Assembly: GCA_051362555.1 (NCBI GenBank)
Contig: CM120649.1
Location: 19,172,567-19,236,566 of the forward strand
Reading direction: 5' to 3'
DNA: 64,000 nucleotides
Source of the DNA: Lingula anatina
Lineage: Eukaryota; Animalia; Brachiopoda
Under the pieces are notes generated by a model. It was not told the origin of the DNA, ran no database searches, and saw only the letters and a program-made list of their open reading frames with translations. Both the position numbers and the translations under genes were made by a program. Of the stretch, positions 24,065-37,900 are shown piece after piece. Every line of letters begins with the position of its first letter. The stretch's first letter is position 1.

Positions 24065-24310
24065 ACATGGCGACAGACAGGCTGGAGATAGCTGCACGCG
24101 GTGACGTCGGCGCCACGCGGTCTGTCACCGGGCACCGTCACAGCGTAGAACTGGTTCTCTTCACACCGTGTTACACCACAGCTGACTTCAGCTGAAATTT
24201 GAGGTGCCACACGGCGACAAGCAGTCTGCCAAAGCCGGTGCACGGGAAACTTCTCCCCTCTCCGCGCCAAGCAGTCTGTGTAAGTGCCCCTGTCAATGGG
24301 AATGACTCAG
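24065..24310. promoter_or_regulatory. Candidate BMP/Smad-responsive enhancer or silencer
   Basis: GGCGCC-N5-GTCTG (24109-24124), GGCGAC-N5-GTCTG (24213-24228), CGCGCC-N5-GTCTG (24263-24278); CRE-like TGACGTC (24102-24108), YY1-like AACATGGCG, AP-1 TGACTCA (24303-24309). Confidence 0.65.
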
Positions 24311-24826
24311 CCCCTTGTCAAAGCCGATTTCAATACCAAACTTCTTTTCATCGTCAAAAAATAAGCAGCGGTCACGGTGTGCGATTCCAATGATCAACAG
24401 GTCGTATCGATTTCTCCAGGTTGTTTTAATCGGGGCTTCAACGACGGAAGTCAATGAAAAGTCCCTGAAAAGCTGCACACCTGGGCCAAAGAGCCAATTG
24501 TCTCCGGCAACACGGGATTATTTCAGAGGCAGCGCGGCGAATAATGACGGAGAAAACCGATCGGGCGCTAATCTTTGATGTGCGCTAAGCGGTGGGATTT
24601 CCTCATTCTGACTATTACTGGCTAATGGGTTGTAGCAGCGCTATCATTAGACGCAATGGGCCGTGGTAGAGGAGGGAAGACCGGGGTGAACACTACCACC
24701 ACGGGAACAAGTGCTCCAGACTTCTACAACGTGTTTACCGCTGTCGATTACAAATATACTGTATACCCCAGTAGAGTGTGTGGGGACAAATAGAAAGAGA
24801 GCATGTCTTTCAATATTTTGAAACGA

Positions 24827-24829
<3 letters not shown>

Positions 24830-24916
<87 letters not shown>
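24830..24916. repeat. (TA)n microsatellite
   Basis: Direct reading. Confidence 0.97.
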
Positions 24917-24919
<3 letters not shown>

Positions 24920-25599
24920 GCAATAAAAATGGACTGAAAATAGTATTTGCTCGTTCTTTGATCATATTTTGAAGATGTATAGTGAGGGTATATGTGAAGT
25001 ACATATGCTTACAGTGTACATCGCAAGAATTAAAGAGGATCCGAAAGACTTCTCTACGGCCCGCGGCTTCAATATCTTGGTCTTACATGTAAGACCACTT
25101 GACCCTTTCAAACTTTGCAAACAGTTTAACAGTTCATTTCAACAACTTGTGGGAACTATCTCAAAAATATGTGTAAATATTTGATGAAGGAATTAATGAA
25201 TGAAAAAAATAAACAAATAAATAAGTATAAAATGGCCAATGAATGAATATATATAAATAAATAAAAGAACAAATAAATGAATAAACAAACAAACAGAAAA
25301 AAACTAATAAATAAATAAATATAGCTGGAATTTTGTGAAAATTATTACCAGTTTATCTTGTGTTCAATATATCCTTTACAATTCTTCATTTACATTGATT
25401 TTCATTCATTGATATTGAACTTGCTCGTTAAAATACTTTTTCTCTCAAACCCATTTTACCTAAATATTAAAAAAAATTTTTTAATCACAATTACGAATTT
25501 TAGAGGTATGCAAATGAAGATAAACATGTGTTGCCTTCATTTGAGTTTATTATAATAACATAATTTATAATAGATAAAGTGCAGAAAATGTTCTAAATT

Positions 25600-26491
25600 A
25601 CATGTGTTCAAACTTGCGGCGATGAATAACTTTAATGTATTTGTTTCCAGAAATTTAGCATGACAGAATGTGGGATACTTGGTTACTGTTGCCTCAAATT
25701 TCAAGATATTTAATCTGTCTTAAAATATTTCTGTATCGGTTATCAAGACACAGATCAAAGAAAAGGAAGCAAAGATTGGTTTTTGTTGTGGAAATTTTTT
25801 AATTTCTGTTAGAAAAAGTAAATGTACACATGCTAATATCTAAAAAAAGGAATATCAAAAACTGGGAGGAAATTAACAGTTTAGAAAAGGATATAAACCA
25901 AAAATGTTGAGGACCTGTTTTGTAAGAGCTTAAAAGGAACAATTAAAATAAAATGCGCAAATATAAACTGCTAAAAAAAGACCTAGGGCTTGAAAAATAC
26001 CTAGAAATAAATTCCACAAATTAACAGAAAAATAATATAAAACAATATTAAGATTAAGGGATCAACATTTGGCTATTGAAAAAGACAGGCAATCGAAAGC
26101 GTGCAAACACTGCCATAATGAAATTGAAAATGAAAACCACTTTTCATCTGATTGTCAGAAATATGTATAAAGGAGCGAGAAAACGTGCTGAATTCTCTTT
26201 CAAAAACAGAAAGAGAAAATTATAATTTGGCAGACATAAAATATATATCTCACTTATCCCACAGCGTGCTAAATCTCTAAGAGCTAGTGTCTCGATTTCT
26301 TTAGAATTAGCAAATAGCGCCCACCACACTTCTTAACTTGTATATACCAATAGCCAAGTGTCTTTATTATAATTTTTTATTCATATATTACTTTTTCCCT
26401 TTTCTATACTATGTTAACAAACAGTAAAATTAGCACGGACATCCAACGGTTTTAACATGTACATTACAAGCTAAAATAAATTATTATTATT
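25600..26491 (+). mobile_element. Decayed non-LTR retrotransposon (LINE) 3' end: ORF2 C-terminus with CCHC finger and (TTA)n tail; 5' boundary approximate
   Basis: 25951-26170 translates, with breaks, to MRKYKLLKKDLGLEKYL...LRLRDQHLAIEKDRQSKACKHCHNEIENENHFSSDCQKY, matching the LINE pattern LR..H.L.IE.GR..C..C...E.E.HF...C..Y; AATAAA + ttattattatt at 26475-26491. Confidence 0.75.
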
Positions 26492-28615
26492 TCTTGTGAG
26501 GAAACATTACCAAATCCAGCTTTGTTTTCGATTAACATGAATCTTAGAAAGTGGAATTTTTCACAAAAATACTGTAATTATTTATGAGAAAGTCCTTTGA
26601 AGCCTCTTCAATAAATTAATTTCGAAATGATAAAAACATACTCTTTAAAAGAAATAAAAAGACATCAATAAAACGCAATAATGGTTGGAAACCTATTTAT
26701 TCGACAGAGCGACTCAAATCATTGTTTTGAATTTTTCATTATCTTTAATTACGGTCGACATTTCTTCCGCGAGATTAACACCATTCAATTCCACGTAAAA
26801 AAAATTCTTTCCGCCAAAGCGCGCGCCTTGGTTCCCCTGCCTGCTCCCGCTGGTGCTACCTTCGCCTCGGGCGAACAGAACATCCCAGGTGCCACTGCAT
26901 TCATCTCTCAGCGTTCTGCACTAACTTAGCTCCCATTCACAAGACTGACACTCGGATTAATGAACGCCATCGTCTATCTCCCCCGTCCCGGATACTTTTG
27001 TATCCCTATAATTGAATTCAAACATCAAAAAATTCACTGGAAAGCTATAGAGTGACGGGGGAAAGAGAAATGCGATCCCCGAGATGTATTTCTCTGTGCA
27101 CCGAGCGCCCTGACAGGACAAATTGCCTGAATTTTTGTTTGTGTACCTCCTCGCGGATCCGTTACTTTGCCGTGTTGTCTTGAATTGCCTCGTGATTAAT
27201 GGTCATGTTTTCGTTCAGCATATTTCAGTGAAGGACAGGGAGAGATAGGAAACGTAGCAAAATTAATGACGGAGGATCTCACTTGGCCGAGCTGCATAGA
27301 GCGAGCCTTAATCATTGGAACATACTCCGAGCTCGTTTTATTCACTATTTTATTATCAAATCCCTCGTGCTTAGGTGAATCTTTAAGAACTCGCGACACA
27401 TTGACGGCATTAAAACCAACAACCGCACAAAGCAGTTTTATGTTCATGGCCATTAAGAAGAATAGCAGCGTCTCTGCTTATTGCTCACTGCAAACCCTCC
27501 CCGCCCGCCCTCTTTTGTTGCGCGTTCCGCTTTACTGCTCACTGCTGTCTGCGGATGAATACGGGCAGGGTGAAGAGGGGGATAAGGGGATTGTTATTGA
27601 GCGCGAGAGCGGCTCAGCTCGGAGATAATAGAATAAAACACTGTACATTATACAGCCCTGAATGGATTAGTTTTGGGGAAAGTTTGAAGTGCCTTGTCTT
27701 GAACGTTAAAGCTTTTAGACAAATTAATCCGCGTGACGCTAACGAAGTGAAAAAATATTTTTTGTTAAATTTCGGTGAAAGCCCTTCAGTTCGCATAAGT
27801 GCACGTTCTTCACTGTTCAGTTCACTTTGGAGATGTTTTGATGGGTTAATTTTAAAGTTACAAATATCCATATAAACACTTCTGGTAGGAATACTTTTTA
27901 ATCTGATAAGAAAACATTTGTATTAATAAAGATGTTCTGAGTTTTAAGATATTTCTGCCGAATAACTATATATACATGTATATTATTTCAATGTCAGTTG
28001 AATTTGATAATTTATAAACATAATTTTTATAGATAAAATGACCAGTAAATAAATAAATAAATAAATTTGAAGTTTGTCCAAATTACATAGATTATGAGGA
28101 TCTTCGTATTTGACCTTAGGGTGAAGGTCTTGACCACAAATCTAGTGCTCGGGCAACAAGAACTTAGGGTCTTTAAATTAAATAAAGTCCTGATTAAGCA
28201 AAGAATCCAAGTACGAAAATCAAAAAAACACTGTTCTTAATATCAACCGAAATGTTTCTTTCATTTCCTCTTGTTGTGTACTCTGTGCACATCAGTATAT
28301 ATAGTATTGTTATTTTACATCAAATATTCGCCCTCTTTTCTTTGAAGGAAAGGCGTGTACCAGTGACGCCAGTAACAAGTAGGTAAATTTGATTATAACT
28401 GAAATAGGTTTGTGGCGTGTTTTGTGAAACTTTGGGTTTGATATCGTAATTTGATTTCAGATTTGCAGGAAGGCGATGTCTATGCATGGACTGTTGAGGG
28501 ATCCTAGCCACAGAAAATAAACTGATGTCTTTTTGACAAAAACAATGGTCCAAAATGCTATCTCATCTATATTTTTGTGTGTTTTAATTTGTTTTAATTT
28601 CTTTTTTCTGCTTCC

Positions 28616-28618
<3 letters not shown>

Positions 28619-28666
<48 letters not shown>
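28619..28666. repeat. (CT)n microsatellite
   Basis: Direct reading. Confidence 0.95.
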
Positions 28667-28671
<5 letters not shown>

Positions 28672-29216
28672 TCCTGTTGGCGTTAATAACGACCCACAGG
28701 TGCTCTGCAGGTAAATGTATCAATTTTCCAATAAACAAGGCAAGATAGAACCAACCCTTTACTCTATTTTACTATGAAAATACATTTCCCATTTCAAACC
28801 ACAAATCAATAAAAAGAAAGCAGAAAAAACTACAGTTTAGAAGCAGTTTTCCCAAGTTGAAATAAAGAGTATCTCTGCCTGCTGAGCGTAATTTTACGGC
28901 TGGTTTAAGTTAGAGAGGCTGCAGTTATAGACCCTTTTGGGAGTCTCTTCTCTCACGCCTAGCTCTACTTCTGTCTGATATAACGCCTGCGTTCGTGTGT
29001 GTGCATGCATGTGCGTGCATTTTGCATGCTTATTTGACTATCCGTGCGCGTGTATGATGTGTCATAAAGAGTGCGTGCAAGAATTTTGTTTTTATATCAG
29101 AATATGAGAAGAAAGCACTTCAAGGACTGCAATCCGCATCTGCGGTGGAGTCACAGAGCGGTAGGGGCCACGGACTAATGCTCTTAGCCCACACGCCTCG
29201 CTACACTTTACGTTCG

Positions 29217-29230
29217 GTTGCCATGGCAAC
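29217..29230. promoter_or_regulatory. Perfect palindromic RFX X-box GTTGCCATGGCAAC
   Basis: Exact 14-bp consensus palindrome inside a CpG-rich island (about 29.1-29.8 kb). Confidence 0.65.
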
Positions 29231-30833
29231 AGGCGGATATGCTCGGGGAGAAAATTCCGGCTCCTGGCGGCGTTGACGCGGCCGATGTAAAGCCATGCCT
29301 CAGCACATTTCCATAGCGTGTCAAGGCGCAGGCGAAGTCTTTTGAAGCTGACAGTACGCGCTCAAAGGCGGTACGATGACGGGTTCTCGCCTGTCGGGGC
29401 GCACTGCGGCGTACACCGTATGTGAGAGCGTTCGCCATAGTCAACTCGCGGAGATAAGTATTCTCTGCGGGCCAGGGGAGCGCTCTAGGATGGCCAACCT
29501 ATCCAGCTCAATTTTTACGAAATAAAAATGTTTTCTACTTCTGACCCAGCAGTCGATAATTGGAACCTTTAATTCTAAGCGCGGCTTGAGTAGAGAGAGT
29601 GGTGTGTTCTCTATACTTTGTGGTGGCACTACCAACAGATAGCGAGGCACATACTGATTTTTCTTTGCGAATAATTTTGCTCGGCGCCTCGCGTGCTGGT
29701 TTGTCTCTACCGTGTATTCTGCTGGTTGAGTTGAGAAAAAAAACCCGCAGAGAAAAGCGCGCTAGATGATACTAGCTATGAAAAGGCTCTGCCTTGGCAT
29801 GTTGCTTGCTAATCAAACTGGAGACGTCGAACTGGCAGGAGATTTTCTTTTCTATTTTACAAAAATATAAGCAGGTTTTCTGTACAATGATGGTGGTAGT
29901 CAATGAACGAGTGAGAGGCCGAGTGTTACAGAGGACTTTAAAAAGGCTCAAGTATGGATTTAACAAACGCTGGAAACTGTTTGGGATTATAGCGAAAAGT
30001 CAACCGTGATTTGGCCCACAATGAAGTACCTTTGAGGTAGGTAAATAGTAAACCTTTCATAGTTTTCCCAGTCGGTATTTTCTCCATACACGTATACGTG
30101 TAATATATAGATAGGTATTCCAATCGGAGTGGAAATAACCGTGTTCTCAGCATACAAAAAAGTCAACAACCCCCTACAGTGATTACCCACTGCCTTAGAC
30201 CGGTTATTTTGTATTAAGAGTTCAACGAGCTAGCCGGTCGATGGATAATATTATAAACTGTAAGTTCTCCACGGAGAGAGAAAAGTAACAGCTAGTCTGC
30301 AGGATGACATGGCAACCCCCATATAAACGTGATGCAGAGGTTAGCTGATGGCCTGTTGCCATACATTTGAAATTCCGCCAGCCAAATGGGAACAGCACCA
30401 CACTGAGCATGCGCCGGGAGGTAGCTTCGTGGGGGGTTAATGACTGGAGAGGGGCAGCCAGAGGGGGGGGCGCTGGAGAGTATAGTTTTCTTTAGATGTC
30501 ATTACGAATTATCTATGAATATGTTGATTAGAATAATTATAATATTTTCATTTTAATTGTATTATAATTAGTATTCCCCGAAATAAGTAAATTGTGCGTG
30601 GTTGCTACTGTGCAGAACAATATATGTCTCGTATCTTTAATATCACATTAATATCCATATTCATAATACTACATTGATTATATTATGCATAACTTCTAAC
30701 ACCATATTAATCTTCAGTATTGTTTTCATGGACATGATTGTAAATATTAATGTTTTGCATATCTCCATCGTCAATTTTACAAGCTGCCAGCTTGCGGTCG
30801 ATGTTATTGATCAAGGTAAAAAGTAACAACAAC

Positions 30834-30836
30834 AAA

Positions 30837-30891
<55 letters not shown>

Positions 30892-30893
30892 AA
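30834..30893. repeat. (AAAT)n microsatellite
   Basis: Direct reading. Confidence 0.95.
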
Positions 30894-31861
30894 ACAATTG
30901 ACATTTTAAAGGAACCAGACATACTTATCACAGTAGTAGTAATGACATAATCTCAGGTAAGATGCCTACAGTGTATCAAACTCTCAGAGTAACAACAAGT
31001 TAACATTGAGTTCTATCAAATTATAATTTCGTACATAATCAAACATTTCATAAAATGGGTAATTATTTAAATGCGTCATTACAAGGAAGGGACTCTGATG
31101 CGGCACCAGACAAGCATGCACGCACTTCGAGAGTTTACATTATCTAGGTATTCAAATACATGTGTTTATCTGTTTATTTATTTATTTTTTTTTTTTTTTT
31201 ATCCATCATCAATTGATTTATCGCTGCAATAATTTCGAATCATTCCATCTCCTTCACTTCGTTCTATTTATTAATTATTCATTGGCTGGTTGTTCGAATG
31301 ACTGGTTTCTCTTAATTCCACTTTATTTATTTATTTATTTATTTATTTATTGCATCAAACACAACTATTCTAACCGGATCGAGGAACTGTTTTGCCAGAA
31401 TGTTATTTTAGCCCATTTGGCGCCAATCACGCAGGCGTACAGTAACAACAGCCGGGATGTCGGCCACAGACAGTACAGATTACCGGGAGCCGTGTTACAC
31501 AGAACGTGGGGCGTTCTCTAACTTTCGGAGCGGCCCTTCCTCGTGACCTAAAGGGGAGAGGTTACGGAGAATATACCCCTCTGGTAAAGGTCGAGGTCAC
31601 TGGTTAACTGGGGAAAGGCTGACGTTGTTTTCCTTGACTTGCGTTTGATATTATTACCTTTGAAAACAAATTCCATAAAGACTTAATCGATGGAATGCCC
31701 CAAGTGCGTTCGAATTAAAATCTGCATAACTTAATTTAATGACGTATTAATGACATGGCATTTTTTGTTTACTACGATGACTTCGCCAACTGGTTGTGAA
31801 CTAGGTGAAAGTCAATATGTTTCACACACGAGAGGACAGAACAACATGGGCAATGTCTCTT

Positions 31862-31863
<2 letters not shown>

Positions 31864-31937
<74 letters not shown>
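31864..31937. repeat. (TA)n microsatellite
   Basis: Direct reading. Confidence 0.97.
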
Positions 31938-31939
<2 letters not shown>

Positions 31940-34900
31940 CAAACTTGGATCAACTTGGAAGTTATATCGTTCTTAGAAGCGATGGAACTACTTGTTAAAT
32001 AGAGTATCAGTTGGCTCTGCGTGTTCTTAGAATATTAAATGGATGAGATATGAAATTGATCTTCAATTTCGGGTGATAACATAGACATGTTGTTGTTGTG
32101 GAATAAAATTTGGGGTTTTCTAAAAGACAACCGATCCCTGCGCCCCCCCCCCCCCCCCCCCGCCCCGCCGCCACCCTCTCAGCCCCACTGCTGCCTTCAT
32201 CACTAATATTTTTTTCTGTGTTTTAATACAACACATCTTTAGTTCCCCAGAAATTACGCCCCTCAACCTGCTGCCGATGTACGTGGTTAACACGGGGGTT
32301 CTGTGTTCTCTCTAAGTTCAGAAGTACACACAAAAAACGTGCGCACTTTCCCAGATATCAAATCGAGGTCAAGATGGCAGTTTAGGTCACCAAGCTGACA
32401 TGATGCCACAGAGAAACCCAGGCCAACTCTCAAATGGTGTTTGTTTTATCAACTATGGGGTTTCTTTTGACTTGATTATTTCTAAATTCCCGCTCACCTG
32501 TTTTATTTGTGGCATTTTGATCCGTATTTGCTTTAATTTTGTCTGAGAGATATCCTTTTTGGCGTTTTTCAGGTTGGTTTTGAAGCAAGATGTGTTGTTT
32601 TTGTTTGCATTCGGTATGGGAGTTCTGGGGAATTAATACATTTCCATCATTTCGTCACTACGTCTATTTGTGTTATGTAATTACATTTCTACTAGGTTAT
32701 AAGAAACAAATCTTTTCCAGATTCTGAAGCTAATGATTAAAATGGGAAATGTTTGATGTCAGGTAATGTTAACGGAAGACGCTTTTGAAGGTTGGAAATG
32801 TCAAAAGTAAACAAAAGTAAACAAGTCCTTGTCTTCAGAGATGGCGTTGCATGCAGCTGGTTGTATGTTCCTTCAAAATGAACCTTCCACAACATAAAAC
32901 AATGCCCTCAGATTTTTAAGTAAACTTCATGCTTCATCTCGTTTGGTTCAATCGTATTAATGTAGCAAGTGGGGGAAATGAAACGTTGAGAGGTAAAAGT
33001 AAAAATGACCTGCAAGAAGTTTCATGCAATTTTCATTCCACATAAAATTACAAAAATTATTTGATTAAAAACTGGATAGTCTTTCAAGGGAATACATTTT
33101 TTTTTATTTCAACCTGTGTAAAATGTCCGTCCGTCAACATATTAAACAATTCGTTGTGAGAAAAAAAATATCATCCTAATTTATTTACCTAACGTTCTAA
33201 GGAACAGAAAAATCAAACAAACACTACTCTTTTTTTATAACTCAGGTTGAAAATCACTTTCTAAGTCAGAGTAAAATAAAATCTCTTTTGCAGAAATGAA
33301 GATTTAAGAACAAAATCTCTAGGCCTTGTGCTTTACTTTTACGTCTGCATAGACGTGAATTGTACTAGTCAATTTTTGGAGTAGTGGTAGTAACTGCTGA
33401 TGTCTGATAGAATTGGAGATATTGAATAATATTGGCCTAACATGTGTGAGGCGCCCCACTTAGCAAACACACAACTTAAAGGTATCAATGTCTTTAAAAC
33501 CAGCGTCCTGGACGAATTTGTAGGGGGCGCTGCAAGTTGATGTCATGAACAGACACTTGCTGAACGCGGCCTGTCATACACCAGGCTCGACTTATAGATA
33601 AACTTCTTATCAACTTCTTAAAAAAAACAGCACTTCTTATTTTCTCATGGCCAATTTTTTTCTGTTTTCAGTGTAATGTAAGTTGTTCTTACAGCCTTCA
33701 AATGGATATTTAAATGTTCTGTATGCTTACCATCATTTTGATGATTGGCAGTTTATTAGGCTGATAAGGCTTTTTTAAATCTTTTATTCGCTTTTCCCCT
33801 TGTTAAAATATATCAAGTCGGAATAACTGACTGGTGTATTTTCTAAAGCATGATATTATTTCGACGCTTTGTAAAAATTAAGATATGGAATATACAGCGT
33901 CACAAAAGAGTTTATTTATTGCAAACTGTTCTTAGAAGGTTCTGAATGCTGATAATTGATGATAGGAGACATATGATTATAGATTTTAAGAAACATTTTC
34001 ATACGATCACTGCGGAAATAATTGAAACGTGTTAGTTAAAACGCATGTTAAAATACGGTTTTCGTTTTGCTAACAAGGTAGACAATTCCATCGTCGTTAA
34101 AAAAAATTCCATGTTACAATGATCGTGTGTCTGTTTTGTTTGTAACATATAATGAACACTATAACAGCAGCTTAATACAGTAGGGATTGATACGAAAATC
34201 CCTAAAATACTCGTGATAGCCTATACCTGGCAACCCTGAATACTAAATCTATTTTCGACCAATTAATGAATAAATTTTCACAAGTACACGTGAAAAAGAC
34301 CCGGTACCATGGATATCTCTTATGTGATCGACTGGTGTGGCCTGGGCGTAGCAGACGACAGTTACAGCAATGGCGGGCGCTTTGGCAAATCTGAGGCAGA
34401 TACGTTGTCAGTAGTGATTACGTTGATGGGTGTACTCCCTGACCGACACCTCTGCACTCAACAGCATGGGGAAACTTTGGAAAGATTCTGTTATTTATGC
34501 TGACTGGCCCGCCATGTTTGTGGAGAACATGAGATAAGATTGAATGATAAATATTTGCTTTAATTAGAACTCAGTGGAGTAAGCCCGAACAAAAGCAAAT
34601 TAATTAATTTGTCATTACGAATGTTTTTATTTATAGAAATTCAATATCCTACTTGTGTTCTATGAACATAGAGATAATGATTATGAATACAAAACCCAAA
34701 AGTTAGCGTAAAGAAAATGTAAAGTTCGTACCATTATATTAAAAACTACTCTAAATGATTATGCTTTGGGAAGAGACTAATAGACAAATAAAATAAAACG
34801 ATTATGTTCAACAGATAGAAAATATCAAACAAAACTATCAAACATGTGTTTAGGCCTATTCCACTTCTCATTACATTGAATGAGCTAACAACAGATATGA

Positions 34901-37900
34901 TTATACAAGCTGGTTAACTTTGCAGATGTTTTAGCAATGTTTTAGTAAGTGCAGCATGATGTAGATACACTGGCCACAGAGAATAGCCTGCCACCAAAAG
35001 AAAGCTGTTGCCTTAGACAAAAAAAATTCATCTACCTTGTGACATCTGCTATGATCGTCTGCAGTGTACCTAATTAACTATTAACTAAATCAGCGTCTCC
35101 TACTTAAGTTGGTTACCTCCTCAACTAAGTATTGTTTCCTGCACTTGTTCATTTTTGGATTTAACACCTTTCAAAATATTTATCACGACTCTTGGCTAAC
35201 ATGGGATCACCGCACGGCACGAGACCGCCTCTCCAGGTAAAAGATTTTTACGTAATTCTCAGCTAGAAAGCAATTTTCTGTTTCAATACGGACTGACTTT
35301 TGCAGGCCCACCTATCACTCGAAGCAAGCCGATTAGTTGGCATTTTCAGCTAATCCCTTGCCGCTGTTCGGTCATTAGTGTCGGATTCTCAGTTTTATCT
35401 TCTCCCAGCTGGAACGGTGCGAAAGTAGATTGCGGATCCTGTAAATAGCCGGCGACTGCGGGAGAACCGATCAACTCTTGATCAAGTTGTACTTGTGCGT
35501 TGATAAGCAAATGTTTTTGAGAGGGAAGATGGTATCTGGGGGCTATAGGTGATCTGTGGTGCTTTGAGATTTCTAGGTGTCAAAATAAGGAAGAGAGGAA
35601 GGGCGGCCCGCTTTCCGACAGATATGTCCGCTCCTTGGCACTGACAAGAGTTATGGCTTGCGCGTTAAGAACATACGGAAAACGCAGGCCTTGGATTAAT
35701 GAGCAGAGCAAAAACATGAAACTTTCAACTTTTTAAACCAAACTCTAATCGCCTCCAGATGACGTGTTGTCAGATTCCGACTTGTCGCGCAATAAATTTC
35801 GGTAATAGCCAAGACCGGGAGACGGTAAATCATCTAATTTATGCTGACGAGGATATCTATAGGGCTGGGGAAATAAATATTTTCTCAGACGGAATTTTTT
35901 GGGGGAAATAAAGTAGGCGAATTTGTGGGTTGGCGGACACAAATATTTCTCTTGCTTGTTCCCCGGTCAAAGAGCGCGAGGACCTGTGACGTCACAACCA
36001 ATTGTGTGGCACCTCTCATAAAGGTTTAGTTCACATGGCAACAGTTCATAAGTGAATGAATTATGTTCAGTATCATATCCAAAGCAAGATATCTTGAAGT
36101 TAGTTAGGATAGAATGTACACAAAGTCAACTCAGAACATTTTTTAATTGATGGAATTCTTTAGCTAATTTGCGTGACAGCATTAGTCTCGTTTGGCTTGT
36201 GAAATGTTTTTGAAAGATAATTCGTCTGTACTTAAAAGTTAGACGCAGAAAGATAACGTGAAGTGCTTGTTTAAAATGATAAGTGATTTATTGTATCAAA
36301 TCCCCAAATGATAAAAACACAATTTGTTAGACTCGGACTTCGTTTGTTTTGAAAGATTTTATTCTCTGCAGCAGACCAAACAAAATGAAATGAAATACAC
36401 TATGACAAACCGTCATTAGACCATGAATGTGTTACATAAAACGGCTCCCTGACTTGGGGTACAGTTCGGGTATGCACCCCTCCTTTGTATTGCAGCAGCA
36501 CATTGCATCTGTGTAGAAGTAAAACAAAAACATATTTTGACCCCCTTGAAACAGGCCTAGAATGTGCTATAATTTTAACACCAAAGATGTGAGATAACGC
36601 AGATGCGCAAACGGGCTTGTCTACAAAGCTGACATTATGTAGATACCCAAGAATAATTTTATGGAAGCGATATTAGGGAACATAGCAGTAGATAAACTAT
36701 TTCTTTGCCATATGAAGATACAGATGAGTTACAATTTATCAGTCAAAAATGTATGAAAAAATTAAATAAGATAAAGTGAAGTAGAGTAAAATAAAATGGA
36801 TAAAATAAAATAAGACGTAAAAATAAAAAGTAGAAATAAAACGCCATCTGTCAGTTACTATGGTCGATTGGCCATCTTGGTCACAGCACCAGTCTTCTCG
36901 ACAGCAGACATTTTTAAATGTTAAAACATTTTACCACAGAATTGATCAAGCCTTAATCTTGTGTATGAACGCCTGTTTAAGTAACTTCTTTTCTTAACAA
37001 TATTAGTACGTAGTTGTATTCCGTGGTTAGAACTAATTTTCTTTAAGCTGATCCCCATGTTGGTCTTGTTACTTTGGCCACCTCAACAAATTGTAAGCAG
37101 ACGACCGGTTACGTCTGGCGCGTTCCTTTCGTCACGAATAAAATAAATAGATAACTGCGGTCTTTGAATATTGCCAGAGCTTAAGTCGAAACTTTTATTG
37201 GTTTAATATAATGTCAGATATCTTACATGGCGGGTCAGACGGTCTTATTTCTAATGTTTATGTTGGCGGAGTTATTTCTTCATTCTCTTGTCTGGATTTT
37301 AAATTCAGTTTTGATCAACAACATGCCAAGGATACAAAAAAGTTAATCCATTTAAAGATAAATTTAATATTATTTTCAATAAAACTGCTAACAATATTGT
37401 TTTGTCCTCAAAATGAAGATATCGTTTAAGAATGCGATAAAGCATCCAACGCGGTGCATCTTTTTTAATTGCATGATAGAGCAAATAAGATATTTTTTAC
37501 TCCAAACTTGGGTTACCACTAAAAAAATGGCTATAATATTGTGCTTCCATTATCTTACCGCCTTTAAGGACGTTTTTCAATAACCTGAAAAATTAAAAAA
37601 AATTATATTACAAATTTTCTTATGCTTAAGAAGAGGAGGTTGATAATTTAGTTTCTTAATTATATACATATGATATTAAATGTAGTATAGTTACTAAAGT
37701 ATCAAATACAAATCACGATATTAGTTTACTTGCCGACGATTCCCCTTCATTTTCTGGTTTCTAGTAGCAGTATAACATGTAAGTTTGTAGCCATTGCAAA
37801 CAATTTTTTCTTACGGCAAGTGAAAAACGTAAATTGATTTGATTTAAAATGATACTTTGTCTAACCTGTCATTAGAAAGCCTACAGTCATTAAGCGATCG

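Noticed and set aside
24061-24578. Overlapping ORFs in the Smad-motif island, or an Id/emc HLH gene nearby
   Set aside because: No HLH or other recognisable motif; the ORFs are explained by high GC content
30455-30476. CTCF-like CCAGAGGGGGGGGCGCT (also TAGGGGGCGCTG near 33521)
   Set aside because: The G-run spacing or the 5' half does not fit the consensus well enough to call
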